Shown piece after piece: positions 23,370 to 38,300 of a stretch of DNA of 64,000 nucleotides; within the stretch, counting starts at the first letter, position 1; each line of letters starts with the position of its first letter. Where the stretch lies: NCBI GenBank assembly GCA_964199315.1, contig OZ116699.1:13020001-13084000 (forward strand), written 5' to 3'. The DNA is from Orbicella franksi. Its lineage: Eukaryota. The translations under genes were made by a program, and so were the position numbers. Under the pieces are notes generated by a model, which ran no database searches, was not told the origin of the DNA, and worked only from the letters and a program-made list of their open reading frames with translations.

Positions 23370-26300
23370 GTAACTTGTTCTACCTTCTGTCTAATTCTTC
23401 AAAAATTGGTGTTATATGTTCATTTACAGTTCTACGATTTGAAAAAAGACCAGTACTTAAGCTAATCGATCAACATGCTTCATCTTTCAGGTGGGCGGGT
23501 AATAAAGATAACTCCAAATACTGGAAGTTTGCAAGGAGAGACAAAATTAACAATACATGGTGAAGGTAGGCCACAAATTTCCATAGCTACCAGCCCTCCA
23601 TCTGGGGCCTAAAACTGTGAATCAAAACTGTTCATTTTTACTGTCTCTGATTTCAAGTTTCGAGTTAGCGTACGTTATGAGTGCTGCGAGGTACAGAGCA
23701 GTTTTCAGGTATTTTGTGTACAATAGCACTCAAAGCTAAGAGAGGGTTAACAATGGAAATTATAACCCCCGTGTAGTGTTGGTTTTCGAAAATCCGAACC
23801 GGCCATCTGGTTTCGTCTGTGTAAACGTACCCTGTCTCAATATATCATGAACCAAACCGCCTATTATTGATCCAAAGTGTACACGTTTTTAGAAAATATC
23901 AGTTCCAGGATCTTACTTTAGGCTGCCGAGCGATTTAAAAGAGATTGACTTACACTTCTGACAGGGTCATAACAAAGATAAGAAACCTTATGAGCGGGCT
24001 GAGAATTCCAGCTTTAACTTCTAAACTGAGATTTCAATCTTTCACCAACTCAAAAGAATGGGGTGGTTTTCAAAGTCGTAAGTCACTGACGCGTCATTTT
24101 ACTGCAGAATGCAGGTGAAAAACGTTGGAAAGCTCGAATCATGGATCTGTTTTCACCGGCCGGCACTTGAGCGGAATTCAAATCAGGCTATTTATTGTGT
24201 CAGTGTTGCAGTCAACTCAGTCAGTGAAGCGTAGTGGCAAGAAAGATGATAAACAACATTATCAGTGTTATATAACAAGTTATTGTAGCCATCTTTTGCC
24301 AAATTTGATACTGAACAGGGGCTAAATTCATGCACAAAGCATTGCTTTCTATAACAGATACAGGCTTTTGTAAACGAACAATACTTACGAGACACCTTTA
24401 TCTAAAAGATCTTCATGAATCTGGCCTTAGGATATAAAATTGAACTACCAGAATTTATAAACGGTCACGTTTTACACAGAAAAGACTTGCGCTGAGCTCT
24501 GAATCGCGCCTCGCCCGCGATGTCTTTACGCAAATAAAACCGCGGGAAAAAAATTCCAGTGTTAAACGACAATGTCTGTCTACGCGCGCGTGATGAAGAT
24601 CAACCTTTTTAACAGGAAATCAAAACCATTAATTTGGCTTAATTAAACGGTCACGTTTTTGTGTACCACGTGTAAGACGCCCTTGAATCACGCTTACTCC
24701 ACTCGAACGCCCACGCTCCCTGCGTGTATACACGTAATGAAGTGCCGGAAAGCAAACGTGGCAAATGGCTGGGAAATTTTGATTCCTTGGAAGGGTCTAT
24801 CGATGCATGACTACAAAATTAATTAGCTTACATGGTTTATTGCCTTATGCCTTTTTGTTTTATTAAATTTCATTGTTTTGTCATCTTATGTATTGTACAC
24901 GTGTCGAGCTGGAGGTATAAAGTCCTCTGTCACTTATCACCTAAGATTTCAGCCGTTAATTGTGGCCATGGCAAGGAATTAAGCTAAGCTTTATAGAACT
25001 TGAATTAAGACTGTTTTTACGAGATAAGCTTATGGAAACTTTTCCAAACCACTGATAGTAACATTTTCACTGAAGCTATCTTCTGCCACCAACTTATCAA
25101 AACGGATATGATTACTTGTTGTATTTGAAGGTTTAATTCCTTGTGTATTAACATGTTTCATATAATTAAAAAAGATTATTACAAATTGACATTTTTATTA
25201 GGAACTGAAGAGTTTTTCCAGAAGGGATAATTAACCCCATTAGAGAGAAGTTCATACAACAATAAGATTAATTAAAGGTTTAGAAAAGAGCTTTTGTTGT
25301 CTATGAAGTCTTAATTGTTCTGGAATGGCACTCCAAAGCGTAAACCGATATGAAAACTATAAAACATGTTAAATATTTGCTGAGACTTGCTGCCGAATAG
25401 TAAACCGAACGAAACGTAATAACTTCTCATAAAAACCCCGTCACCATTGTTTGAACTCCAGAGCCGAGACTTCCTTCTCTGACCTACTCTCATACATAAT
25501 AAGCCTTTGACTGGTTTTTCCTGTTTTAGGATTTGCAGAGGACCAGTTTAACGAGTTTCAAAAGGAATTGGGCAATAACGTCACCCTTGTGTCAGTGTCG
25601 CGTGCCTATATCGTACCTTGTGACGTCATAACGTATTACACGACCCAGTATCAAATCGTTTGTCTGACAAGGTTGGTGAACTGTCTAAATGTTGTATCCC
25701 TATAGCAATAAGTATAATGTTTTTGTCTGGAAGAACAAAACTTATAGTTTTACGAGCTTAGAGTTAACTTTTGGTTTCATAGGAACGGTCTTAAAATAAA
25801 GGTTATTATAAACAATTTTCTTTTGTGGTGATTTACTACCGTGATCCAGTAGACGGAATATTTTTAGGAGATAATGTTGTATAATCGCTTTGTCAAGTGA
25901 ACTAGCATAACTTGTAGCTCTGTCTTGATCTCATCAATTGAACCTATTTTTGTCGTTTAAAGACCCTCATTGTCAGGAGAAGACAGTTATAACATAAGAG
26001 TGCTGGTGGATGGGAAGTGGTTGGATAACAGTGATGGAAGAGCGTATTGTGGAGGTGAATGTGTGTTTAAGGTATGGGATTTTTCAAGTTTGGATCACTT
26101 CTTTCAGTTCAAATACTATGAATTGTTTAATGATTATAACACATGAAAGCTAGTCTAAACCAGCTATTCGCTTACCTGCTTACAGTTTGTCAGAAAGCAC
26201 ATCTAAAATATTGAGTAGTTAATTAAATTACAAGATGAAGAAAATGCTATTGAGGCAAAAACCAGTCTTGCTTCTGAGGATCAAATCCTCCTTCTCTAAG

Positions 26301-29300
26301 TCTTGAGGAATTAGCATCATCACAGATCAACCTGAATATGGATTGATTTATTGCAACCATTTCAATTAACTAGCAGATAACTCTTAGTGCATCTAAGAGT
26401 CGAGCTCCCTTACATTATCAGAGTGATGTATCCAACACGGCCTTTTTTTTTCAGTATACCGAGGACAGAACTCCTACAATTACCTCATTAACACCAAGAT
26501 ATGAATTCCCAGGTAAGCGCAATTCAAGGCAATTTAGTTTTGTTGTCATTATTTCTGGGACACTCGTTGCATTTCTTGTACTCGGCCCTAGTTTTTAGAT
26601 TAAAGGAACTCAGAACTCCATCGGAAAAATCCATTAACAAGTAAGTCAACTTTGCGGTGTTATGAATAAAAAGAGCAGAACCAAAATTATCCGAATTCCA
26701 TAAACAGGCTATGAACGAGTATTTGTAGCTTTTTCATTTCTGTGCAGTTTGAAAACTGATGGAAACGAATGTAACAAATTATGCGCATACTAATTTAATC
26801 AAAAGTAACTTAACGGCTCCACTGTTTACTGGCCTTTACAGCCAAGTACCAGTCCAATTTCCCTTTGCGGAAAAGTTCAGTCTGATAGTTTGTAAGGTAG
26901 CAAAAAGGGACCCCCGGAGTAGTTTTGGATTCATTGTAATTTTCCTTCGTCAGCAATATTCGCTTTACTGCTAGCGTGATCTCATAAAACTCCTGAAACA
27001 AAAATTAATCTTCTTTAACTAGTTACCAAAAAGTAAACAAAAGGCAAAAATGTTAAAGCGGTGTTTAATACAGTGCCTGGTATCTGTTTCACCGATTTTG
27101 TAATATCACTCTACCAAAAATATGTTTGTGAAACTTAGGCGCCAAATGTTACGCGTTCTTAATTACTGTCAAAACACATATGGTATCCACTTGAAGTGAC
27201 ATCTTGAAGAACAGCAGGTAACCTTCACCAAGCGCATTCCTAAGCAAGAAAAGAAACTCTTCTGCACTTAATTATTGACCAGCAAATTTCGGGGAGAAAA
27301 ACTATAACTACCTTGGAAATTGCTTGATAAACGTTGTATTGACATTAAAACTGGTATTTGTATTCGTCTGGTTGACTACATAAGGGTTCATAAGGGTTCA
27401 TAAGCGAACAAAAATGCACCCGAGCGCACGACGGGTCACACAAAACGCGCAGTGTCAGTGCAACGTAGAATTATTTTCAAATATTCTTTTAAGATTCCGT
27501 TATATTTCTTGGATGAAATATCTCTGTAGAATAAATTTCATTTGTGTTAGATTTTTCTGAAAATACTGATCGACCGAGACGCTGATGAGTTCCCGAATCT
27601 ATCAGAAGCGCACAATGTAAAAAATTTTCAAAAGCGTTCAATATTTCATTGCCTATTGTAGCTCGAAGAAGATAGAGGCTCACCCAAGACTTACACAACC
27701 ATCAGACATGCTTGCTATTTTTATTCATAACGTTTGTCATTTACCTTTGTTAGGATGTTATTCAAACTAGTATGCTTCCCACCAAATTTGTAAGGGTTCA
27801 GTGTTTTTTGTAAACAACCCAATGGGTTATAGTTGTAGATGGAGACTTGCTGATAAAAAACTCGAGTTTCGAGTTTAATGACAGTCTATGCGCGTGCTAA
27901 ACATATATCATTGCTTGCCAATCGATCAAAGTGCTTGCACTATGCGATCTACCATTTATTTTGTCAGCCTTATGAACTAATTTTCCCTGGTTTTAGAGAT
28001 AATACGGCGCTAAATTTCTTACTAGAGATTCCATGTTAAATCCAGCTGCAGGCATAGTATAGGCAGAACCCATTAATTACGAACTAAAACAATTGAAAAA
28101 AGAAACTACATGTAGATAGAATACGAGCAAGTCAAAAGGCTTTAGTAAGGCCGGCGAAAGCTGAACACGATTGCATAATACAGCTTGAAATAAAACGTGG
28201 TCTGTAAAATGTTTTTTAAGACTAGCCGAGCTGCCTTCTTCTTGCCTCCTGATCTTGACCTTTGGGGTATTCGTTCTTTGGCAGTCTGGCATTGTGCTTA
28301 TAAATTATCAGCGTGGTATTTCTGAGGTTCTTTGAAATAGTTTCACAGGCGCGCTGTTTAATCACAGAAAATAACACTTTACCGTTATTGTGAGTGGCGG
28401 ATTGCCAGATCGGCAGTCTGGCATTGTGCTTATGAACTATCAGCGTGGTATTTCTGAGGTTCTTTGAAATAGTTTCACAGGCGCGCTGTTTAATCACAGA
28501 AAATAACACTTTACAGTTATTGTCAGTGGCGGATTGCCTTTGTGAAATGGAATGGTTGAGCGAAAGGTTTTGCGTGCTCAACTATTCTTTAGGTCTTTGC
28601 TGAGTAACAGCTTTAACCTTTGTCTATCTGCCAGTTACTTATTGTATAATCATGTACAACTCGGCTGCTAAACGATGTTTGATGTCCAAACTCTTCATCA
28701 CAGGGACGCTTTTAACAATACGTGGAAGGATGTTTACGGATCAAGTTATGGAAACAGAGGACTTTGACCCCAGCATGCCTACCATTGAAAGGTACACAAC
28801 GGGAAGAGTCTGAAACCACTTTGATTACTCTTCCCAGTTTCCCCTCACAAAATGTTTGCACAACACAGATTACTCCTGTGCCAACTGTAAAATTTTTAAT
28901 GGCTGCAAAGCTCAGAATTGAAAACTACCCCGGAAAATTTTAAATTCAACTTTGGAAAATATTGAGGAAAAATATCACCACTGATGTCAGTTACAGTACT
29001 TTTCCATAGCATTCATTTTAATGGTTACACGTACACTGACTAGACTTAGAAGTTCACGCAGAACACTTGCGCATCCTACACACACAGTACTTCATTTACA
29101 AGGTTAGAACCACATTTTCTGTGTTATTAATATAAATTGCTGATGAAATTCTAAGGAGTTAAGAGTAAGTTAAATAATAAAATGATAGTTCAGCTGAATT
29201 AATAAGGGTTTCGGAGTATTTGCCATTTGTTACATTGACCTCCAATCAAAGCTAACGAGGAGTAGGTTAAATTTCAAGTTCTGTAACAGTTCGTTTTCTC

Positions 29301-32300
29301 AGTTGTCTGTGATTTTTCTTTCAGGATATATGCTGGTGCGGGTCTTTGTGAGATAAAAGATCCAGAAACGGAACAACTGTAAGCTATGAAGTGTTGTTAT
29401 TCATGAAGTGACTCATTGTGATTTTGACCCATCCAGTAACCTATAAAATACTCAGTTGTTGTACATAACTACATAAATGGTTATTATTTACTAAACGCGA
29501 CATACTTACACAAGAAAAAAGAAATTCAATTAATGCTATAGGATAAATCCACTCCCGGAAATGTATACTCAGATTTGATCGTCTTCGCGACAATCGTACA
29601 ATAAAGGCGGAAAAACTCAAATAGGACATTGAACCAATAGGAAATGGTGCTCAAGAACTCTGTGCGTTTTTTCAGAGCACGTTATACGTACGCCAGTTGT
29701 TGGGCTCAACAAACTTGAAACAATTACTTCCAAAATCATTAATAAACGTTCCTAAAACACGCGTTTTGCCTGTGTTAATTTTTTGTACTTGTGTCAATTT
29801 TCAATTTTTAGGTATGGGATGAAAATTGAAGACAACGTGGCGAAGATTGGTTACATCAAATGTAAGCCTGCATCCACAGTGATCGGTAAGAATTGAAGTT
29901 ATATTTGGAATGTTGTGATGCGTGATTTGAGTTTGATCCTTGAATGAATTGCGCAGTACAACGAACATCCTTAAATGAGTGGCTAAGCATCAAATGTCTT
30001 GAATTTCCTTTCAAATTTTGCCTCTTATTAAACTTTATCGAATTTTAACATCGATTTGCCTTCAACGATACCCTGCGAGTAGAGTCACACGGTACGTCAA
30101 CAATTGAGGGGTCACGCCACTCGTAAACGTTTGCGTTAAAACTTTATATTTCTGAAGTTATTCCGAATAGCCTAACACTGAAAAGCTGTGACTTCTTACC
30201 AGCAGTAAAATTTCATACGACGTCAGAGGATGGGAGAAATTAGTGTGTATCTATTTTCTTTAGGATCCCAGCGAGTGTCATTCCTGGTCTCTGGATATGG
30301 GCGATCTCAGATGTTTAAGGATGTAATTTCAGTTGATTCACAGGACAAGCTTTATCTATTCCAAACTCACGCAGGTATGACGTAATGAGACCATGAATAC
30401 TTCCTTAAGAAGAAGAGCTTGAAAAAAATATCAACAAGAAGACAATTAAACCCTGTGCTTTTCTCACGATTGAAAGAAGTTTTGTGCAACTGCCTGCTGG
30501 GTTTAAGCGAAAGCTTACCGAAGTAACTACGAGAAGTTGCGGACGCAAAAAGACGTTCTTGCGCGTACATTATTTCCGGGCTGTACTGTATGCGAACAAT
30601 TTTCCTTTGGTGATATGCTGATTAAATTTCCTTACAGTTTCGCCTTACTTTTTTTTTTTTTACGTCCTAGTCAATTAAATGGCAAAACGTTTCATTTTTC
30701 AATGAAACTTTTGTTATTTTTAAAATTATCTCCAGCATTTTACTGGGCGAGCGGTTTTGATACCACCAAAGGATATTCCAAAGCGCTCATCAAACCCGAC
30801 AGTAACATTAGCTATCTGATGTTACTGATTTGAAGATAGTATTTATCCTCATGTCTCTCTTTTTATCCGTAGATATTTTAGAAGTCAGTCCTTCTATTGG
30901 TAGCACGGCAGGTGGAACAGTTCTTACCATAAAAGGCAAAGGTTTTGATGAGCGTGCCACCAAGGTTTCAGTTGAAGTAGCAGGTACTACTTGTAAAATG
31001 AACTTTGCCAATTTTGAGCGAGTCTATAGTGCATACCATATACCAGATGGACTACGAGGATTGTTATCTCACCCTAAGATACGAAGATAACTCTGTTATG
31101 TAATGTTAAGACTGTTAATTCATGACTTGATCAAGGTTAATAACTGTCTGGTCATTTATAATCGAGTCAATTTGTTATGTTCAAATGCTATTTTCTCTCT
31201 ACTAGGAGTTCCTTGTGAAATACTATTGATGGAAAATGATGCCATTAAATGCCAAACAATGGAAGCTCCTCCTGCAGATAAATATGATTTTTATTCAGGT
31301 AAGCACGATTCCAGTGAACATAGTTCAATTTACTACTTGTACATGATGTAATTAATAATGGCCAGGGACTGTAATACTGGCAATACTTCCATCAAATGAA
31401 AAGTGATTCAGCTGCTTGAATTTGAATCACTGACACACTCCAATTTGAATGTCTCAGGATCACGTGGTTTATTACGTGAAGTTTGGACTAGCACCAGACC
31501 CTTGTCTGTATCGGCTGTCGGAGGTCTGAAAACGACTGCTGCAGACTACCACTCGGAAGTGTTACCCGAGGCAAGCTCTCCAACCCAGGCCTCGTTTGGT
31601 GAATCAACGTCATTCAGCGATCGCCTCCGAGGCTTCTTCGTTCCTCCTTCGGACAATAACTACACGTTCTACATTCAAGCCGATGATCAGGCCGAGTTGT
31701 ACTTGAGTATGAATGAATCTGCGGCTGGCAAAGTAAGTTACACGTTTGCAAATTAAGGCCGCGGTGTAAGTTATTGTAGTTTACCTTGTGCGTCTTGGGG
31801 TTGATACTGAATTACTATCAACAACGTTCTTTTCTTCCGTTGATCGACTGATTGATCAATGACATGAATTGGAAAAGGTATTGCCAGCTAAGTACAGCAA
31901 GTATCTCATTTACTGAGTGCTCGATAAACGACAATGAAGAGTGCAGATTTAGAGAAATGCACCTTCTTTTAAAATGATTTTTCAGCGTTAAAATGTTTGG
32001 AAACGAATGAACATTAAGCCGAAATTTTCGTTTTTCTTTTTTTTCCAGACGAAAATCGCATCCTGTCTCAAGCCATCAACAAGCTGGTCTGCTTCACCCG
32101 AACAGAAGTCAGCGGTTTTCTTTCTCAAGAAAGGACAGCGTTACTACATCGAGGCTCTGCACGTACAGGATGGCGGGAAAAGTCACGTGATGATTGGAGT
32201 TAAAATGCAGAAAACACGTTACGTGAACTCGCAGACTGGTTCGGCAGTGAACGAAAAACAAGAAATTCTTATTAAATCATTAAAACATCCAGAAGTGCAA

Positions 32301-35300
32301 GTAAGACTTGATGCAAAATCTTCTGACAACATTATGAAAAGCTTCCTTCTAATTGATATTTTTCATGGTGTCTCTTACTAACTATTCAGCTTCACTGCAA
32401 TTCATTTATACCGACAGTTTTCAAGTAAAGATATGTAATATATAAACACGCATAGATACCGAGTTTTAAATTGTTATTAAACAGTTCCTCTTGTTCTAAT
32501 AGACTATGTCGAGAGAGTTGTGCAGAATCAGTGCTTGCTACCCGAAAAATGGTTAACACCCGTGAAGTAAAACTATTGAAGGATTTCACATAAAAAATAA
32601 AAATGTTATCATCATCTATATCTTTTTAGATAATCAACATTTCTAGCTGGGCTGACGGGAAAATGTTTGAAGTCCAAGAAATAGAGGTGACACCATGTAA
32701 CCAAAGTCAAGGTAAGTTGCACATTTCCCTTTTGTTTGAGGAAGAAACGCACAGAAAACACAGCTGTGAAACAAGACTGGGGAAATAATTCGCTTTGGTT
32801 GGAGACAAAGTTTCACAAGTTAGGTCTTGGATCGATTTATAACTGGCGTAGAAAACGCAATTATACGGAAATATAAGCTTAAAAGTCAACCCATTAAATA
32901 GGATGTCAGAAAATCGTTCAGAAACGCTGAGCAGTTACACCACGGGAAATTGAAGTTCAACTGTTAGTGAATGTAACGCGAAAGTAGCAGGATCAAAGGA
33001 ACAGATTCATGTTAATACCAGATTGTTGTATATTTTATAGGAAATGTTACTGTTTGCATCGACTTGTTTTCTCTAAGCTATGACGGAGTCAACACGACTT
33101 CTGTGTCAATGAACAATCTGACCGCTGAAACCCTTCAACAAGCACTCAACAATCTTACAAGTGTCAGGAAGCAAGGCAAAGTAAATGTGACAGAGCTCAT
33201 CAAGAGCAAAAACTCCACAGCTTATAGAGTTACCTTCTACTTCAAGAACCCTGAAGAAACACGAATGCTGTTTTATACCTCTGTGACATCCAATATGACT
33301 TCTGTTAAAATCACACGCTTACAGAAAGGTAAAATGTTGACAGAAGTGTCGTATACAGAGCCTTCCGGCTTCTTGGTCAGCAGTTTACGCTGGGGTGCTG
33401 GGGTGGGGAGCCATTAGGACCTCGATACGAGACTGTACAGCAAACAGAAAATACAGTATTCCGAACCTCCCTGCAAATACACTTTCACATAAATTTCATT
33501 TTACGTCTCGTTGTTCGTTGTTTATAAAACATTGCAGATGCTTAGCCTTGGTTTTTTAAGGTTCTACGACTGGTTTGAATTGTACGGTTTTATATTTGGA
33601 GTAGTCGGAGCTAGATAGAGCGGTTTTTAATTGAATAAAGAAAGTTATCAGGCAATTTCTTTGGTTTTGGTTTTAGTTTTACTAAGGTTTGAGATTGGCT
33701 GAGTAGTCTGATTTATCGGCAAGTAACTGATTTGTTTTTGGTTTTACGACAAACCGATTTGTACAAGAAAGCATTATAACAGAGTAATTTAATGTGAATC
33801 TTATCAATTCTGAAAGGTCTAGCCCAGAAGAGTCTATTGGCCAAGACAAAACGCCGTGTCAGACTTGCCAGGAATTTTTATTTTACTAGTATTTGACAAT
33901 TATTTTTATTCAATGTGATAACAGAGTTCCTTTTCACTTAAACAAGGTGTTCCTGGTAACTACTGGTTCAAGTTGTCCCTGGCTGGAAGAACATCAGAAC
34001 GCATTCACATCGACGCATCAGATAACGACATCCAACAACAACTAAAAAACATGACAAACTGGTACTGTAGTTACCAGACTCCACCCGGACAAGCCTACTA
34101 TTATAACGGGTTTGAGAGTTCGTCGCAGGGCCCTGAATGGGGCGAAAGAGTCTTCAAATCAAAACCTCATTGTGGTCGGTTCTCCTTGAAGAATCCTCAA
34201 TATATATTCTATAGCGGCCAGACCAAAGATATGTGGGGGAGAGTCTTAAGAGGCTACGACGTAACAAGATACCAACAGGTTCGTGTTTGTTCAATGTTAC
34301 AATAACTTGAGGCTAAAAAAGATGTAGGCTACGACGAAAAAGAACTGAATCTCTCCATTTATAACTTGGAGAATTTCTGTAAGGTTGCTTACCCAGCAAC
34401 ACGAGGCACAAAACGAGTGAGGCGAGTTGTCACTTCGCAATGCATGTGCTGAGATTAAGAGTTCATCTCGCATTCTGGCGTTTGTAATTTTGTGACTTGT
34501 CATGGATGAGTTTCGGGATTCACAGTAAAGCTTTATGTTGCCGTGAAACTAATGCGTCACTTAAGTTAGTCTGAGTAACTGTATGCTTGTCATCCATACC
34601 AGAAAAGATTAAAACTGAATTCTGACTAAAAATGGTGCAAAAATTGCAAAGCATTTTTTCTTCTCCAAGGACTACGATCTGTTCATTAAAGAGATGGCAA
34701 AAGTAGTTTCGACTATCTGTTCTTTCTAGCTCTGTAGCAAACCCGACACCAACCTTGTCACATTTTATATCAACGTTTACGAGCCCTAATCTTTGCTGTT
34801 TTCTTTTTCATTTGACAGCTTTGTTTTTCATACAAAGGAAAGATGAAAGACTTCATCAGTTTTCGTATCTCATACACAGACGAGTCCGGTGCTGACCGGC
34901 GATCATGGCGGAAGTACAGTATTGTTACTGTCCCGGATGAGAAATGGAATTCACTGTGCATGAATGTTTACGATCAGATCTTACATGATACTTATATCAA
35001 GGCCGACTTACGCTATAAGGTTTACGTGGAGCTCATCAGCGTGACACGTGATGCAGGCGTGGACCTTTATATTGACGACGTTTTCATCTGGAGGGACCCT
35101 GTAATGGGTAGGTTTTTTCATACATTAATTGCTCTTGTTATTTTCTGGCTTCTTCAAGACTCACTTTAAATATTTCATTTTCTATTTGTTCAAGTACAAA
35201 GACTGCTTCCTGCTGCCGAGCCTGGTGATAACATACTCGAAGATGTGACCGTGCAGAGCCTAGGACCAAGAGCTTGGTCTGTCTCACTAACTCCCGCTTC

Positions 35301-38300
35301 TTGTGGGACTGGGATCGAACTCCTGCAGATAGCAGAAGCCACCGTGGTCAGTGGTAACCCTACATCTGACCAGGCGATATTTAGACCAGTCAACGCGTCA
35401 GAGAGTTGCAATATTGTTGTATCACGTGATCAAGCTTCAACTCCTCCAGTTGGTGGAACGTTCGATATCTTCTTGGAAAATGAGAAAGTTAAAGGTACCT
35501 TCTCGAGCTTACCGTTATAGAGGTATAGAGGGCAGTATATCTAAGATAATTGTGCTTCGACTGGAAAAACAATCCGTTATTCAATGAGTTAGCTACACGA
35601 CAAACATGAACAGTAACGGTGAAAACCACCTTCTAACTTTGCGAAGCGTGTTGCATCTGCTAAGTTAGTTTCAATATGTTTTGTTGATTTTTTATAAAAA
35701 AAAAAGAAAAGATCGCGACAAGATTTCGGTCAACTACAACAGTATGTAAGTGTTCAATAGACGGCACAGTATTGAAACAGTTTATTATTTTTGGTGTAAT
35801 GTAATGTAGTTCTCTAAATTTAAATATTTCTTATTCCTTTTCTAGGTATCCCTGCTAACGTATCTGCAGACGAGTTCAAATCCATTCTCGAAAACAATTT
35901 CAACATCGGTAAGGTCACCGTCAGCCGTGTAGGCACATGCGCGTCCTATAACTGGATAGTGGAATGGGCCACAACAGGAGGAGATCAACCAGCCCTGACA
36001 GTTAATGGAACCGGTTTGACAGGAAACAACGTGTCAATGAAAGCTGTCACAATCGATGATGGAGGAATGTTCCTAAGACCGATACCAGGTGACATGTTGC
36101 GAGTGGCAGAAATCGAGCCACAGGTATGAAACAATTCTATACGAACGGGGCGGTCTTAGATTTATATTAAAACGTTAAGAAAATCCTCAGTTCTCATCTG
36201 GCTAATTACAAAAACACAAAGAGCGTAAGAACCAACCAGGACACAAAGTCAAGATAGCCAACTAGTCGAGAAAGGCACAATATCGGACTCTGATTAGTCA
36301 AACCTAGTTCGACAAATTAACTAACAATGAAACATTTCTTGTAAGTGAATGCTTGGAGCGTTTAGGTTTAGGTTTAAGCGGCAATCTGACGGAAAAGGAA
36401 TTTCTATGGAGCCACAAAATTTTTGCCATCAGGTTTCAAGATTCATGTTAATAACACTAAGATTGCTCCGTTACAAGATATTTGTTACATTCATTTTAGG
36501 TGACAGTCACGCTGAACAATATTCCATCGAGCTGTTCCAAAAGAAAATGTTCCTTCACATTTTCATCCCCGGATACTCCAACCCTCACCTCTATATCACC
36601 ACAAAAAGGAACTGCCGCAACCGAAATTACACTCACCGGAAGTGGCTTCAGCTCCAATATACAGGAAGTAAATGTCACCATTGGTGCAACCACCTGTCAC
36701 GTGACAAGCTCTAATGAAACTATAATTAAGTGTACCGCTGGTCAGTCAATTGGCGGATCGCATGATGTTGTCATGAAAATTGGAAATAAGGGATTTGCAA
36801 AGCCCTCAAGTGGACCAGCCAGTTTTACTTATGAAGTAAGTGTAAGCGGTATCAAACCAGCCAGGGGAGGTATTGGAGGAGGAACGCTTGTTACTATAAC
36901 AGGGAGCGGATTTGGCGTGACACCTAATGATAGCAGTGTGACAATCGGCGACTCCATCTGTGACATAGTTAATGTCACCATGACAGAAATATCGTGTGTC
37001 ACGACATCTCATGACACAAGTAACGCAAGTGTCAATGTCGCGGTCGGCAGTGAAGTTGGATCGATGTTGAACGCGTTCTGGTACGACTCTGGAATGACTC
37101 CGATAGTGTCATCACTGAGTACCTCAGAAGGCAGTGTCAGTGGAGGTGAACAGTTAATGATCCACGGCACAGGATTTGGGTCCCAACAAGGGACGGTAAA
37201 AATAGGTCCTCATCCATGTAAAGTGACTTTGTACTCCGACGTGCTTATAAAATGCACCACTCCTGCTAGTGCTCCTGGGATGTATGACGTGCTAGTCTGT
37301 GTAGAAGGCATTGGGTGTGCTGTAGAAGCCGGCTTACGTTCCAGACCACCACAGTTCAACTACATCTTGTATGTGAGCGGCATCTCTCCTGGGCACGGCT
37401 CTGTGTTTGGAGGAACAGTTCTGACTCTTGTTGGTCGTGGATTCAGTGATAACACTTCAGCAATTGCAGTAAATGTTGGTCATGTTCCCTGCAAAGTCCT
37501 GTCAAGTAGAAGCACAAACATCATGTGCAGGACGGAAGCATCGTCTACGGCTCACAATGTGGACAACACTGGAATCCACCCGAGTAAGACTTTAGACTTT
37601 TAGCTCAAACAATTAGGAAATTATGTGGCCAACGTTTATCATAGCATACATATAAAATGCGAAACGTTAGCGACGAGAGGAAGCTGACTTTCTTTCCCGA
37701 TTTCAGTTTCTTCGCTCGCTTGAGCTTTTGCTTGCTGGTGTCTCAGGATTATACCCTTTGATTCTGCTTCGCGTAATTAGATTTTGTTACCTTAAAGGTT
37801 CTTCGTAGACAGTATTTGAACTGTAATTTTGACATGTGTCTTTTTCCTCAGAGTATGGTATTGGTTACGCCTGGAATCCTCAGACCATTGTGATAAACTC
37901 TGGCGACTCTGTTCAGGTACTACTGTGTAACTGTTTTGAAGTCAATGATGTAGCAGAACTTCTCTTTAAAAGACTAACGAAGTTATGTGTTGCATTGCGA
38001 ACTGGAATGGCTTCTTAATGACTGAAGTAAGCTAAACATGGAGCAAATTAGAGCTGGAAGTAGCGCAACAAAGCAATGGAAACACAGTGTGAACACATCA
38101 ACCCAGTCTAGTCAATCTCAAAACGAATCTCTGCAGCAGCAAATAGGATGATCAACGAACAGGAGTTCTAAGCGCGGCTGGCACATAAGGAACAGCCTAG
38201 CCTGCGTAGCTGGCGGTTTAGTTGGTTAGGTTAGAGGACCGTATAGAGCGGCGTGATGCGCAAAAAACGAGCGGGTAAGCTGAGAGTGGTCTGGGCCCAT

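Noticed and set aside
28222-28581. 119-aa minus ORF with an internal repeat
   Set aside because: Produced by the 132-bp (in-frame) tandem duplication; no splice or homology support.
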